From: Marsupella aquatica
Lineage: Eukaryota; Plantae; Marchantiophyta
Assembly (NCBI GenBank): GCA_973895155.1
Contig: OZ316891.1
Coordinates: 1,355,324-1,419,323, forward strand
Direction of reading: 5' to 3'
Length of the DNA stretch: 64,000 bases
Part shown: positions 51,383 to 64,000 of the stretch, piece by piece
How positions within the stretch are numbered: position 1 is the first letter of the stretch
Layout of the letters: each line of letters starts with the position of its first letter
Position numbers and translations under genes: made by a program
The notes under the pieces: generated by a model
Database searches by the model: none
Told to the model about the DNA's origin: nothing
Seen by the model: the letters and a program-made list of their open reading frames with translations, nothing else

Positions 51383-54357
51383 ATGGCCGAGCATCTTGCC
51401 TCCATATTTGGAACCGAGAAAGATCGAGTGAACTGCCCCTTTTATTTCAAGATTGGAGTTTGTCGCCACGGGGATAGATGTTCCCGCTTGCATAACCGTC
51501 CCACCGCTAGTCAGACATTGCTTCTGGCCAACATGTATCAGTCGCCTGACGCAGGGTTCCATGGTGGTGTTGATCAGCACGGAAATATCCAACAGTTCGA
51601 TCCGCGTAAGCTACAGGAGCATTTTGAGGTGAACATCATTCTTGTGGAGTTCCTCACATTATCAGACCTGTCTGCGATACATGCATCTCGTAATTGATGG
51701 TTCATGCATGCGCGCTGTAAACCTCGTTAGTATTGGTCTCTGCGCTGTGGCCCTCGTTTTGACTGACCTTGCGGTTCTTCATGAATAGAAAATATTCTCA
51801 CTTCGTTTGTTTATTTGCTTGTCTCGAGTCTGGAGTTGTGTATACTTAAAAACCGTTCACGTCCGGAACGGTGACATGGACGCTTCCAATCACGCTTCCA
51901 ATCGACTTCGATCTTCAAATACATGAATCCCACATATTTGATAGGAATTCAATTGAAAAGCGAGTCTAAATTCTAAACTGTGAGAGTGGAACTGCAAGCA
52001 GTATGCACTGACCGGCCCATTCTCCAGAACTTCTTACTAACCATATATGCACTAGACTGAAATATTTTTTACTGAAAAGCCTGCCTAGCGCAGTGTTAGC
52101 TATCCAATATGTAAGGTGTCTCAGCACATATTAATTAGATATATCACATCAGGAGGATGAAATTTGATTCATGGCTGCCGTCCAGTGTATATCTCTCTGG
52201 ACGCGTTTGCTTGAGGAAGAATCATATGTTTTTGTTGTCAGGAGTGGTTAAGATTTTTTCCCGCCAATCATCTATAAATCTTTTCTTCAAGGGCGAGGCT
52301 TCATGAGGTTAGGGCAGTGCTGATAGAGCTTCTCTAACGATCTTGTTAGCTTCTCGTTCCGATGCCTTGCAACGCTCTTGATTACTCTTTCTCTCCTGTA
52401 CTAAGGACTTTTACGAAGACATCTTCGAAGAGCTAAGCAAGCATGGCGAAATCGAGAACCTGAATGTGTGTGACAATCTCGCCGACCACATGGTAGGTCG
52501 CCCTCCAGGAGAAAAACTGTTCTCGATTTCGAGTCCTTTGTGGACCAGCGATTTCTCATTGTGCTGTCGTTTCTGTAGCGAACTCAAAAAGGAACAGGCA
52601 AATGTTGGAGTTTGACACATTTCAACCATGTTTTCGCAGATCGGCAATGTATACGTTAAGTTCCACGAGGAGGAACATGCGGCTGCTGCTCTGAATTCTT
52701 TAAATGGCCGCTTCTATGCTGGTAGGTTTAATTGTTGCATGTCGATGGGGATTCTTTTTCCGTTGTACGATCTCTCCGTTTACTTATTTCTTGACTCTGC
52801 GTTCGCCGTTGCTGCCCTTCCCAACCTACTCAAGGACATAACAAGTTACTTTCGATAGGTGCCAATCAGGCTGTTACAGTGTTACAGTGTAGTGATGCAC
52901 ATATTTGACGGCAGTGCCACCTCAGCGACCTGTGCGTCAAAGGAATATTGACAGTACCTGATTGATTATATGCCATTATATGCATGCCCTGCCCTCGGTC
53001 CCAAGTTCTTGGTTTCTGGAGCCTCAGTCCTGTTGTCATTCCTGGTGTCAATTGGCCTTCTATGTCCTTCAATCCTAAACAATTATTAGTTTGCTGGATC
53101 GATTTGCTTTCTGGCCAAATGAGCATCCTGTCCAATTTCATATGTGTTCGCTTCGCTTTTATCCGCCAAGGCGCTTTCGTGTTTAAAAGAGTCCGATAAC
53201 AAGATGATAATTTTTTTGCACGAGAGCAGGTTGAGTTATCATTCAGGTCTGGTCTGAGAGCGTCCAGTCTCTTGTAACGGCAGTTCAGTTGTACCTAGCC
53301 TTCCGCCATAGAAGTGTAGGACAATCTACTATAATTGGTGAAATTCAGAAGTACAGTATATGCACTTTCTAATATGTCTTACACGAGGATGGTGTATCTT
53401 TGTTAACTTGAAATCCGGTTCGACTTGCGAGATTATTCCAGGTCGTCCGATGATATGTGACTTCTCACCGGTTACCGACTTCCGAGAAGCTACGTGCAGA
53501 CAATATGAAGAGAATACTTGCAATCGTGGAGGATACTGCAACTTCATGCACTTGAAGAAAATTTCTAGGTGATCCTTCTCTTCTCTTGGATTTCGTTGAA
53601 ATCGTCAAGTACATTCAATGCGCGCACTCGAAGAAAGTCTCATGGTGAGTTTGTTTGTATCAATTATACGATATCACTTGAGTCTAACAACAAAAGAAAA
53701 ATTGCAAGGGAGTCCCTCATCAGGTCACGCTTCTAAACACTGGAGGTCAGCTCGTAAGCGAGCTGCCAAGTGCCGAACTATGAAACTGTTGTGTTAATCC
53801 GCAGAGAACTACGAAGAAAGCTGTTTGGAAGCTATCGGAGGAGGAGCCGCAGTAGAAGTCACTCACCGTACGGACGGGGTGAAGCGCGTGGGCCTCCCAG
53901 TCCTCGGAGATTTGGAGATAGGTAAGTCAATACAGAACCCGAATTTTAAGAAATTGAGTATATTGCGTTCTTACCTTCAGTCGTCACTGAGATTAATTAC
54001 AAAGCTGAAAACTACTCATGCAGAGATTTCTTTGAGCCAAGAAGGGGACGTGGCGGAGGACGAGGTTTTGGAGGGCGGGGTTTTGGCCGACGATTCAATG
54101 ACTTTGAAGGGGACCGCAGAGGAGGAGGACCATGGAGAAGGAGAGCGAGAAGCAGAAGTAAAAGCAGGAGCAGGAGTCCAGTTCAACGTCGCGCGAGGAG
54201 TCCTAGCCGTGAAGGCAGCGCAGAGCGACGCGCGAAGATAGAGCAGTGGAATCGTGAAAGAGAAGAACGCCAAGCTGCTGCTACTGCCGATCAGGCTCCT
54301 GGATTTGTACCTTCTTCCGCGGGTGGTTATGGATTGCCTCCACAATTGCAGAACTAG
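51383..54357 (+). CDS. U2AF35: Splicing factor U2AF small subunit (U2AF35), paralog 1. Exons 51383-51628, 52406-52492, 52640-52721, 53442-53568, 53805-53921, 54024-54357.
   Basis: [37 protein letters not shown] (CCCH zinc finger 1), [40 protein letters not shown], zinc finger 2 [31 protein letters not shown], then an RS tail ...[16 protein letters not shown]. Confidence 0.97.
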
Positions 54358-55371
54358 TGGTTTGCACTGGTCATCTGAATCATATTCTTTGCAGAAGTCG
54401 CTATCTACTACCAAAGGAGTCGCGTGCATGTCTTCCAGCTAACCGAGTCATGTTGCACCGCAATTTAGGTCCAAATCCCAGCTGAAAGGTAGGATGGCCT
54501 GGAACGATCAAAGAGGGTAGGAGGGATGAGTTTTCTAAGACAGTAAGGATGTCATACTACTGACCACGAAAAATCCTGAGCTTGTGCGCAGGTCTCAGGT
54601 ATGAAATGCTGTGCACTGCATGTACAATGTCTTCTACGGCGGCCTAGCCATCCATGGATTTTGAATTGAACCTACTTTGATTTTGAGATCAGTAAGCCAG
54701 ATGACCTGCTCTTGGTGAGCTTATATGTTCTCTGGTGATTTTCACCATCTGGTGAGCAGTCTCACACAGCTCCACGCGGGTGTCCTGCATGTAGCCACCA
54801 AGGAGGTCGATCAACCTTAGTTGTTTTTCACTCCCTTTGCATCGACAGGTGCAGGTGAGGAGCAGCTGGATCTGTCAATGTCTCCTACGTATGATGGATA
54901 GCTTGTTTCGAAACGGCCGAACCAACAATTCCTAAGGCTCTTGCAGATTGCTGTCCCACATTCGATCAGCTTGACGTTTAATGTCCTCGTTCGTGCAGGA
55001 GCAAAGAAAAAATCGGTCTCAATGAAGTCAAAAGTCTAGTCAGAAATGGTCGTGGTTGTTGGAAATTTGAATTCCGCACCATATTTGCAATGTTGCTTGT
55101 TCCTTTCGTCTTCGAGGGTCACCTCCAATTTTCGCGTAGCAGTGGTCTCATTTTAGAAGGAGAGTAGGTGTGTAGAGAGGTAAAATCTCTCACGAGGACA
55201 TTCTCCCAAATGTTTGATTTCTTTTCGTCTTTAGTTTAGTGTTTTTGGGGGGAGGGGGGAGGAGAGGGAACGCCTTTGATGAATGCGGTTTACAATGCAT
55301 TCAAAATATGATTTTGATTTAGAAAAAATGTAGATGGATCTGGGCATGGTGTCTGTTGTACTATGGTGACA

Positions 55372-55499
55372 GCCACACCCTTCTCTCAACCTTTTTGCCT
55401 GTTCTCGTCTGTCGTTTTATGATTGGGTAATTAACCGCCACACCCTTCTCTCAACCTTTTGGCCTGTTCTCGTCTGTCTTTTTATGCTTGGGTAATGAA
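55372..55499. repeat. Tandem duplication, 64-bp unit x2
   Basis: gccacacccttctctcaaccttttt.cctgttctcgtctgtc.ttttatg.ttgggtaat occurs twice. Confidence 0.9.
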
Positions 55500-55807
55500 C
55501 CAAATTTGATGGCAAGTATTTGCCATTTTTGGGGTGTTCTAAACTCTTGTTAACATCCCCTTCTAGACATAGCCTCCCATACACAGTGGCTATATTTTGA
55601 TATTGGTTGTCTGGTTATATTTATCACACACCTATATTACATAGAGAACTCAAGTTGAAACGTTTTGTTCTTTGGTCATGCCACATATATAATATTGGTA
55701 GTGTGGTATATATAACGCGTGTATATGGGGGCTCTAATGTCTAGAGAGAAGGATGATATAAAGAATTGGAAGGCCACTAAATGACAAATGCTTGCCATTA
55801 AATTTGG
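55500..55807. mobile_element. Fold-back MITE with long (about 90 bp) imperfect terminal inverted repeats
   Basis: ccaaatttgatggcaagtatttgccattt... is the inverse of ...aaatgacaaatgcttgccattaaatttgg. The inner arms tctagacat...cccatac and tatggg...atgtctaga also pair. Confidence 0.7.
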
Positions 55808-55972
55808 ATTGTGTTTGTTGCATCTGGGGAGGTCTGTATGCCTTCAATACTTCATTAGTATTCAGGGTACCATAAAACCTTATTTAAATTGAGCTCTCTG
55901 CCCTTAGCTTGTCTAAAATCTAACCGTGCACTAGAAGGAAATTGTATGAGTCACAATAACTATTACTGATAT

Positions 55973-56413
55973 TGTTATCGTGTGCATACACATCGCTACA
56001 CAACATATATCACTTGTTACATACATCCAAACATAGTCACACTGCCACATCACAAACACAAGAGAATTGAATACAAGTGGAACTCATGGTCACATATGCC
56101 CAAAACCCACAATAATCTCAATAGAATCGAACCACGATCAACGCCAAAATGCAATCAATCCCGTCCGATCCGATCACACGCATATATCAAGCCAATGCAC
56201 CTTGCACTCAAGGAATTCACCCTACATAGATAGAGCTCTCAGCCACCATAGCCACCACCCGAGCTCTCCTCTCCAAGGCTCAACATCGAAAGATAACCTT
56301 TCAATGTCTCACAATAGAGAACTACCCTCTCACACATATCTAACATAACCTTATCGGCTCATATAGCACACATACTAAACATACGAATCTAGATAGTATG
56401 ATACACTCTAACA
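55973..56413. mobile_element. Possible solo LTR
   Basis: About 440-bp A/C-skewed segment bounded by TGTTA...TAACA. No matching 5-bp TSD was seen. Confidence 0.35.
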
Positions 56414-57049
56414 CTACCTAGAATGGTGTGACATTGCGCAAACACAACGCAATGGCCTTGTATTTCGTATTCAAGTTTTGACTATGTATATTCATTTTTT
56501 GTATTTGTTAAGCGTTGTGTTTGAAAATGGGTGCTATGTTCATATATTGACAATGTGTTTGAATTTGTGCTCAATATAGAATAGTTTAGTGTCTGAATTT
56601 GTGCTCAAAATAGAAATAGTTTAGTGTCACATCTAAACCCTAAACAACTCCACACAATCTCAATATTTGGACACGGTAATATGACATTGTGTTTGAAGAA
56701 AAAATATTTTTCCTTACGGAGACCTAAAAAAATACATTGGGAAACACAACGCTCTGGGAGTGTGTTCAGGGGAAGACGGTAGGCCCAAGCACTGGTACCA
56801 CACTTCATTATGGAGCCTAAGGTCTTGGGTTGGTTTATTGTGATAGCGGTAAACATGAAATGAACTAGTAAGAACTCACTTCTAGAAAAATCTTCATGCG
56901 AACCAAACATTAAGAAGTTTTAAGTACCAAAGTAGTTGGTCCAATGGAACAATTATGTCCATTGTAGTACATACCCACACCATGTTGCATGCTACGTGAC
57001 TGTTAGCTTGCATCTCCGATTTCTATGTGCAATGCATGAGTTGTTGAAC

Positions 57050-57570
57050 ATCACCACAACAACTTTATTTTGCTTTGACATATTTTTCTTATCCACCAAT
57101 TTTTTTATATCAATATTTTTATCTTTTTCTCACTTTGACATCATTATCTCACAACAACATCTTTCTCTCATTTTTATATTTTTTTTCACCTAGCAATATT
57201 TTTTCTCCTCACCATCTCTTTTTCACCTTGACTTCTTTGTCTCACCTCAACATCTCTTTTTCTCATTGCATGACACCTATTTTCACCTCAACACATGACC
57301 TTTCTCTCACCTTTATATTTTTATCTCATCACAACATCGTTTCCTTATCTTCATATATTTTTCTCATATCATTATCTTTTCTCTCCATGATTTTTTTGCT
57401 CAACTTTTTTTATTTTGACATTTTTTTTCATTTCAAGTTCTTTTTCTCACCTCAACATTTGTTTTGGCCACATCATCTTTTGTGCAACTTTTGTTTTAAA
57501 AACTTTTTCACAACCACATCTTGGGCAACATTACATATTTTCCACTACTCCATCTTTTGTGCAACACAAG
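57050..57570. repeat. T/C-rich low-complexity region with recurring tttctcacctcaacat motifs, probably a TE remnant
   Basis: Strong pyrimidine bias and repeated ctcac/caacat units. Confidence 0.55.
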
Positions 57571-58493
57571 GGTATTAGGCTAGTTCAAAGATAACCCAAT
57601 GACCAGAGGCCACTTCGAGAAACTGGATTTTGATAGGATGTACTAGTAAGGATCTGAAATCCTGCAACCACCATCAAGGTTGCATTGATTATTGGGGTGT
57701 ACTGTCACCATCCCTGAGGTGTTACCCTGTGCGTGGAGGACTTTGATGATCCCTGATGTACAGCCCTGCAAATCATATGGCTTGGGTGGTCTCTGGGCTA
57801 GCATGCACAAGGCACAAGTAAACCTTTTCATTCTCGTTTCAATACTTCAGTTTCATTTGAATTCATTCATCACAACAGAAAGCTTCATGGAGTCTGTGTT
57901 CCACGTTGCAATTTTTGGTGCTCCAGGTATCAGAGGGAGGCTGCTATTCATTCACGCACTTACGTGTCCATGAGCATCTGCACTATCTCACTTGTCAGAA
58001 TTGAGATACTGCCCAGTCAGTCCTGATTAAGCTCTTGGCTCCAAGGGAAAATGGAATGTTTTTGACCAGTCCATGAGGATCCTTAGATCTTCCACAATCA
58101 TGCGGTACACACCCTCCAACACCCAGTTTGACCTTGCGCATCAAACTGGGGGATTTTCCCCATCAAACCATAAATACACCCGATCTCCCATCAGGATGGG
58201 TTCAGGAGGGATTTGGGAGGAGTTCAGGAAGCCCAGGAGGCATTTCAGTAGGGGTTCAAGTGGGGTTGGGGTGGGGGTCGAGAGGCTGGGGAGCGGTTCA
58301 GGAGGCCAGGTCCAGGGTAGGTTTGGGTGGGCTGGGGCAGGGTCCAGGCAGGTTGGGAGCCGGGTCAAGAGTCTGGGGACCAGGGGAGTCGGGGAATATC
58401 GAAGAATATGTCAAACTGGCCATTTTTTACGTGATCGAAAAATATATGTCAAATGTTTTGGGACCATCATTTGAAGGTTCTACTTGCCCGGGA

Positions 58494-58690
58494 TGCCGTA
58501 AAATTGCCAGTCAGGTCAAACCTGGCTAAAACAGGAGGCTTCTCCATTCACAGCTGTGTGCCGTAAAATTGCCAGTCAGGTCAAACCTGGCTCCAACAGG
58601 AGGCTTCTCCATTCACAGCTGTGTGCCGTAAAATTGCCAGTCAGGTCAAACCTGGCTCCAACAGGGGGCTTCTCCATTCACAGCTGTGTG
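58494..58690. repeat. Tandem repeat, 65-bp unit x3
   Basis: tgccgtaaaattgccagtcaggtcaaacctggct..aacagg.ggcttctccattcacagctgtg at 58494, 58559 and 58624. Confidence 0.95.
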
Positions 58691-60239
58691 GGTCCTCATT
58701 AAGTTCCTAGCTTGATATTGCTATTTCTCCATTTCTGGGCTACTCTGCACTTTCCTCAAAAGAAGAGAGAAGATCAAATTAATAGAGACTCCGTTGCTCT
58801 GTTTAGTGTAGGTTACCGCGTTTGAACTCCATAAACTCGAGTGTCCAACCCGCCCTGACAAACCTCCAATTGGGATTCCACACCAATATGGAAATGTCTG
58901 TCGAAGGTCCTGTCATGCTGCTAATTAATTTCTCTCTGATCGGTGCTTGTTAGTCATCTGCACTATGCATGATAAACAGCTGTCCAGTACATTCTCCATA
59001 ATTCATCAGGCAAATGGACTGTCCGATTTTCCAAAGAATATCGCAGAAATCATATGGAGTAACTGCTTTCACACCAGATAGTGCACCTTCCCTACGATTG
59101 ATGCAGGAGTCGAAACCTTTTCAACGCAAACATTAGACATTCCTCAGCTTATTTAGCACTGATGTAACTCCTCATTCATCTTTTCGGTTGCCACCTTGTA
59201 CAACCATGAAGGATAAACGAAAGATGACCCCCCAAAGCAAACACTAACGGAGATGGCGTATCTACTTCTCATCTGCAACACGAGTTTCTCACCTGAACAA
59301 CTAAGCAGGCCAAGATTGCCCGGACTCTCATCGTGAGGATCTTGAGACCATGGTGCCACAAATCATGCCAAATTCTGGAAATGAAACCTAGCGTCCACGA
59401 AGTAGTTGACTGACATTAAAGCTCAAACTACCAGCCATCTTTACAATCCGGCAATTATCTCATTTGGATAAGTGCCCTGTATGCACCTGCACAGACAGCA
59501 ACAACTCCTGCAATAACAATGGCCTCAGAAGGATCTGGACAACTGTCTCCAAGAGCCGAACTGAATCGAAGACACCACCTGCTCAGACAAACGAAGACCG
59601 CGCCTTGTTTTGACCTGCACCTGCTGCTCGTCACCTTCACCTGTAAGTCCAAAGGGCATGTCAACTACAAAGACCTGCATAGGGCTACGGGCTACCTGCA
59701 CCTGCAGGGAAACTCATCCGCGTCTGTGAGACTGGTCAACAGCTGGTTGTGTAAAGCTCATATTAGTTCGTTCTTACAGCTCGAAGCCTATCAATCCATG
59801 AGTTTGAATAAATTCCTGTTCCAGCAGAAGGGCAGCAGTATCCTCCCACTCACAGATCGCAAACACAATGCATGTGCAATTCAATGGCAGACTAAACTGC
59901 CCCTGCAGCAAATGTTGAACATGTAGTACAAACTGTAGCATCTATACCTGAGACCTGCGCACAAGCTCAGGGTCTGTCAGTACCGTAGCAAATCATTCCT
60001 TGCCATTCCTGCTTCGGGTTGTTCTTTGTACGGCTTGCTGGATTCCAGATTGATGTGCGGGTTTGTGGGCTCTATTATCTACGTCAGGACAACCCGACTC
60101 AAAACCTAGTGTGTGCTGCTTGTAGCTACAGTGAGACTCTCCTATGAACTTTCAGGACATGGCCTAATACAACCCAAAAACTCCAGGTGAAGTGTTGGGT
60201 ATTTGAAAGGGTCGTGTATTACAAACCACAAAAGCAGTA

Positions 60240-62415
60240 CTAGTCCTCGTATGATCCAGAAGCACCGTTGGCATCACCGGCAGGAGGTGCAGCCTCGGCA
60301 GCTTGCCGAGCTTCTCTCTCCCGATTCCATTGCTCAATCTTTGCTCGTCGCTCCGCACTGCCCTCACGAGCGGGACTTCTCTCTCTTCTTTGATATGGAC
60401 TCCTACTTCTGCTCCTGTCTCTCCGGCTTCTTCCACCTCCTCGGCGATCGTCACCACCTCTTCTGTCATCGTAGCGGCGGTCATCCCTATCGTCATTGAA
60501 TCGTCGCCCGTATCCGCGACCACCCCCTCGTCCACCACCCCTTCCCCTCCTCGGCTCAAAAGAATCCCTGACATCGAAAGACCGTTAGTCTCAGCTCCTC
60601 AATCCCACAGAAGTTGATGATACCACATTGAAGACAATAAAATGTATTCATCGACCTCTTCAGAGCAACCCACCTGTCAATAAACCTCCGAGGGCTAGGT
60701 GGCCCACGTGCTTCACCTCGACCATAAGGCGAGTGACTTCTGCTTCGGCTGCGTCTCCTGTAATTTCCAAATAGCTTCCTCCGCAGTTCCCTGAGATCAT
60801 GTTGTTCACGGTCAGAACAACTCCACACACCCATCATGATCTCAAACTTGTCCAATTTGGTAGACTGAAACGGAACGTAGAAATGAAGTAATCGCAGGAA
60901 GCGAAATCACCTTGAAATTTTCTTCAAATGCATAAAATTGCAGTAACCTCCCCTGTTGCAGGTGTTTTCTTCATATTGCCTGCACGTGGCTTCTCTAAAG
61001 TCGGTAACAGGAGAGAAATCCCCAATGATAGGACGACCTGAAATTGGTCCGAAACCCACAACACATCAGCTAAGAAATTTCGAAAAACAAAGGCAATTCA
61101 GACAGTGGGAGCACGTTTTCCAATGACGAATAGAACCTTGCTAATCTTAAAATATTAACTCAACGTCTCGAGAAATTTTAGGCAATTCAGACAAAGGACA
61201 CAGCATGCACAAACCGTCAGCGAAATATGATAAACGTACCTGCATAAAATCGACCGTTGAGGGCATTCAGCGCGGCAGCGGCATGCTCCTCCTCGCGGAA
61301 CTTCACATACACATTTCCGATCTGCATCACCAGTAGAACGTCACAGCAAGTCATACACTACTAGAACAGGTTTGACAGCTGAATGAACACTACACCATCT
61401 AATAATCCAGTGTAAAAAGGTCGACCGAATTGTGGCCCGTGACGGAGCATCGACTCACCATGTGATCCGCAAGATTGTCGCAGACATTCAAGTTCTCAAT
61501 CTCACCGTACTTGCTGAGTTCTTCAAAAATGTCCTCGTAAAAGTCCTGCACACAGAGAGAGAGAAACCAGATGTACAAACATCGTGAAGAGCGGGACAAA
61601 AAGCGTACCCCGAAAACAGACGAAACGGAACAATGAACCTCCACCTCGAGATCATGGGAATGAATGAATAATTTTGAAGGTCGAGCCTCCAAAAGCATCA
61701 CTCTTGTAAATATGTAACCCCGGGTCCCTTCACTTCTATTCAAGTATTTCAAGCTTGTTCCAGACTTTTTGACAAGCAGCAGGAGGCACGGACACGAGTT
61801 GCATCCTGTCTAGACAAACTACCACACAGCGAGGAGCTGCCTCCCGGGTGCTCTAAGTCCCATTGTGGTTGTCGGGCCCCTGACCAATTGCCGGGACGGG
61901 AATCCATGCACTACTTCGCCACTTGCGGTCAGTGTACAGAGCAGGAGTAAATTTGAAAACCCTAAAAAGTTGAAGAAGCTCGTTGGTCACTAAACAGTAC
62001 AACTCATTCTTCGCATCGAACACTGGTTAATGTAATGGATGACAGACATTAGTACAGACCAGTATTGGTCAAGTTTACAGCACCGTGAACTAACAAACCA
62101 CCCAGAAGAGAAGAGTATTTCAAACAGGTCTGCTGGCCAGTCTACAACCTCCTCAAAAGTGACACTCACCTCAAAATGCTCCTGGAGCTTGCGGGGGTCA
62201 GACTGCTGGATATTTCCGTGCTGATCAACTCCGCCGTGAAATCCTGCGTCGGGGGACTGGTACATATTTGCCAGTAGCAACGTCTGACTCGCAGTGGGAC
62301 GGTTGTGCAGTCGGGAGCATCTGTCTCCATGCCGACACACTCCAATCTTGAAGTAAAACGGGCAATTCACTCGATCCTTCTCCGTGCCAAATATGGAGGC
62401 CAAATGCTCTGCCAT
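60240..62415 (-). CDS. U2AF35: Splicing factor U2AF small subunit (U2AF35), paralog 2. Exons 62170-62415, 61459-61545, 61240-61321, 60911-61037, 60674-60790, 60240-60567.
   Basis: Same CCCH-UHM-CCCH-RS architecture and identical intron positions to paralog 1. Ends ...[33 protein letters not shown]. Confidence 0.97.
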
Positions 62416-64000
62416 GGTTGCAGCAGACTTACAACGCCGTCGAATCCCTTCGCCACGAAACTTTTCCTCCCCTTTCTATTCCACCTCCCTTTCCGAAACG
62501 AAACGAGCCAAAACAACACCAAAAACCCTCACTCTCCCACTCGATCAACAACACGTTCACGACCGAACGCCAAACGCCGAACTTAATCCTAAACGCGCTC
62601 CACAAAATCACCACAGTGCTAGAACCATCACGGCATCGCCGCCCACTACTTCAAAGTCCTTCTCCTAAAAGCTGGTGACGAAAACCTTGACACCAAGAGG
62701 ACAAGCGGAGCTCTCCCGAGCTGGAAGGAAATTTCCCAAATGTCGGCGGAGGTGCCGCACCGTGAATCTGCCGTCCTTGGCGATCGCCCTGGACCTTGGT
62801 GCTTTCCTCCCGCTGACGGTGGTGCTCGCACTCCTCGACCTCAGCGATGTCCACTCTCTCCTTCAGTCCTTCGCATTCGCCTTCGTCTTCGCGTTGCTCT
62901 GAAGGGGGCGAAAAGCGTTTCGATGTCTATCTAGTTCGGTTACCCTAATATGATCGAGGAACGAGACCCCATCAATCGCGGGCCAATATGGGCTGGCTGG
63001 AATACCGGGCCCGATATTCTGCTGATTATCGGGACCACGAGGGATTTGCTTGACAGTTCCCAAAAATGAATTTATGTTACTTTATGATAGTATCTTCAAA
63101 TTTTGGGTACATTATTGATTCAAGGTCAATGAAAGATCCGGATCATTAAGGGTGTCATCAAGGTCATTCAACGAACCAGATCATTCAGGGGTGTCATCAA
63201 TATTTAGGGGTGTCATAAATAACTAGTTTCATTTACTTAATTAAATCACTCTTGGGACCAGCCATTTTTCCCTTGTGTTTTAACATTTAGCCAATTTGAC
63301 TACGATTTACAAGCCCAGATCTGGCTATGGGGCATTTATGTCGATTATATTTCATTTCTGAGTATGTAGAGTACTTATATTTCATTTCTGAGTATTGTAG
63401 AGTACTACTCGCTAACACTCCCCATAGTGCATTAGGTGGTGGCAAATGAAAGAGTTTTTTAAATTTCAGTCTAAGGATATGAGTCTGTCTCTTTTTAATA
63501 TAAATGATAGGCTATTTTTTACCTACAAAAAATGGCTGACCAGGAACCCCACCAAACGAGCCAATATGGGTCTGGTACTTGACCCTTTGTGAAACCCACA
63601 TTGGGGTGACTATAATAGGTATGAAACCTGCACTGACTACACAATTAGGCTTTGGTATGCTTTGAATGATGATGTGAGAGCACTACAGTTGGTCAGTATT
63701 GGGCTGGCTGGGAGTGAATATAGGTGGATCAGCCTGTGGACTCATGAGGGGGTCTCAAATATGGCCCATAGGGAGTCTCAGGGCAGGTTGGGTAAAACTT
63801 TGGAGGGACACACACTTGTGTTTCAGGATTTCACCACTTCATGCCGGCCAGTTCAACCCCCTCCCCACCCCCTGGCGCCCACCACGGTCTGGCTATTACA
63901 GGACCCAAAGGAAACTCAAAAGTTTGTGCACCAATCAAACTCACCTACGGGCCACATTACGGGCACTAGCCCTTACTATCTCACGTAAGAGTGAAACACG

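Noticed and set aside
57075-57578. 167-aa hydrophobic ORF
   Set aside because: Phe/Leu/Ser-rich product of T/C-rich low-complexity DNA.
58494-58690. Possible CRISPR-like array (also considered for 25140-25460)
   Set aside because: Units are contiguous with no unique spacers, and the context is eukaryotic with no cas genes.
62651-62854. Candidate uORF upstream of U2AF35 paralog 2
   Set aside because: GTG start and no counterpart upstream of paralog 1.

Overview
Intron-rich eukaryotic nuclear DNA from a land plant. Gene style and repeat landscape suggest a bryophyte, probably a liverwort, but this is inference. From left to right it holds: (1) the 5' part of a minus-strand gene for a soluble adenylyl cyclase (sAC/ADCY10-type class III cyclase) with a complete two-component receiver domain spliced into its first catalytic domain, running off the left edge; (2) exportin-4 (minus); (3) APC/C subunit APC4 (plus); (4) ribosomal protein L31 (minus); (5) an intronless F-box gene; (6) tRNA-Leu(CAG); (7) an orphan 419-codon ORF in a decayed region; (8) two convergent paralogs of splicing factor U2AF35. 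Intergenic DNA contains LINE and MITE remnants and several short tandem duplications. The three most interesting signals are the receiver-in-cyclase enzyme, a conserved array of CAG|GT splice sites or micro-exons in both U2AF35 3'UTRs, and a duplicated frameshifting decoy exon in the RPL31 intron. Exon boundaries were read by eye and no database searches were run.
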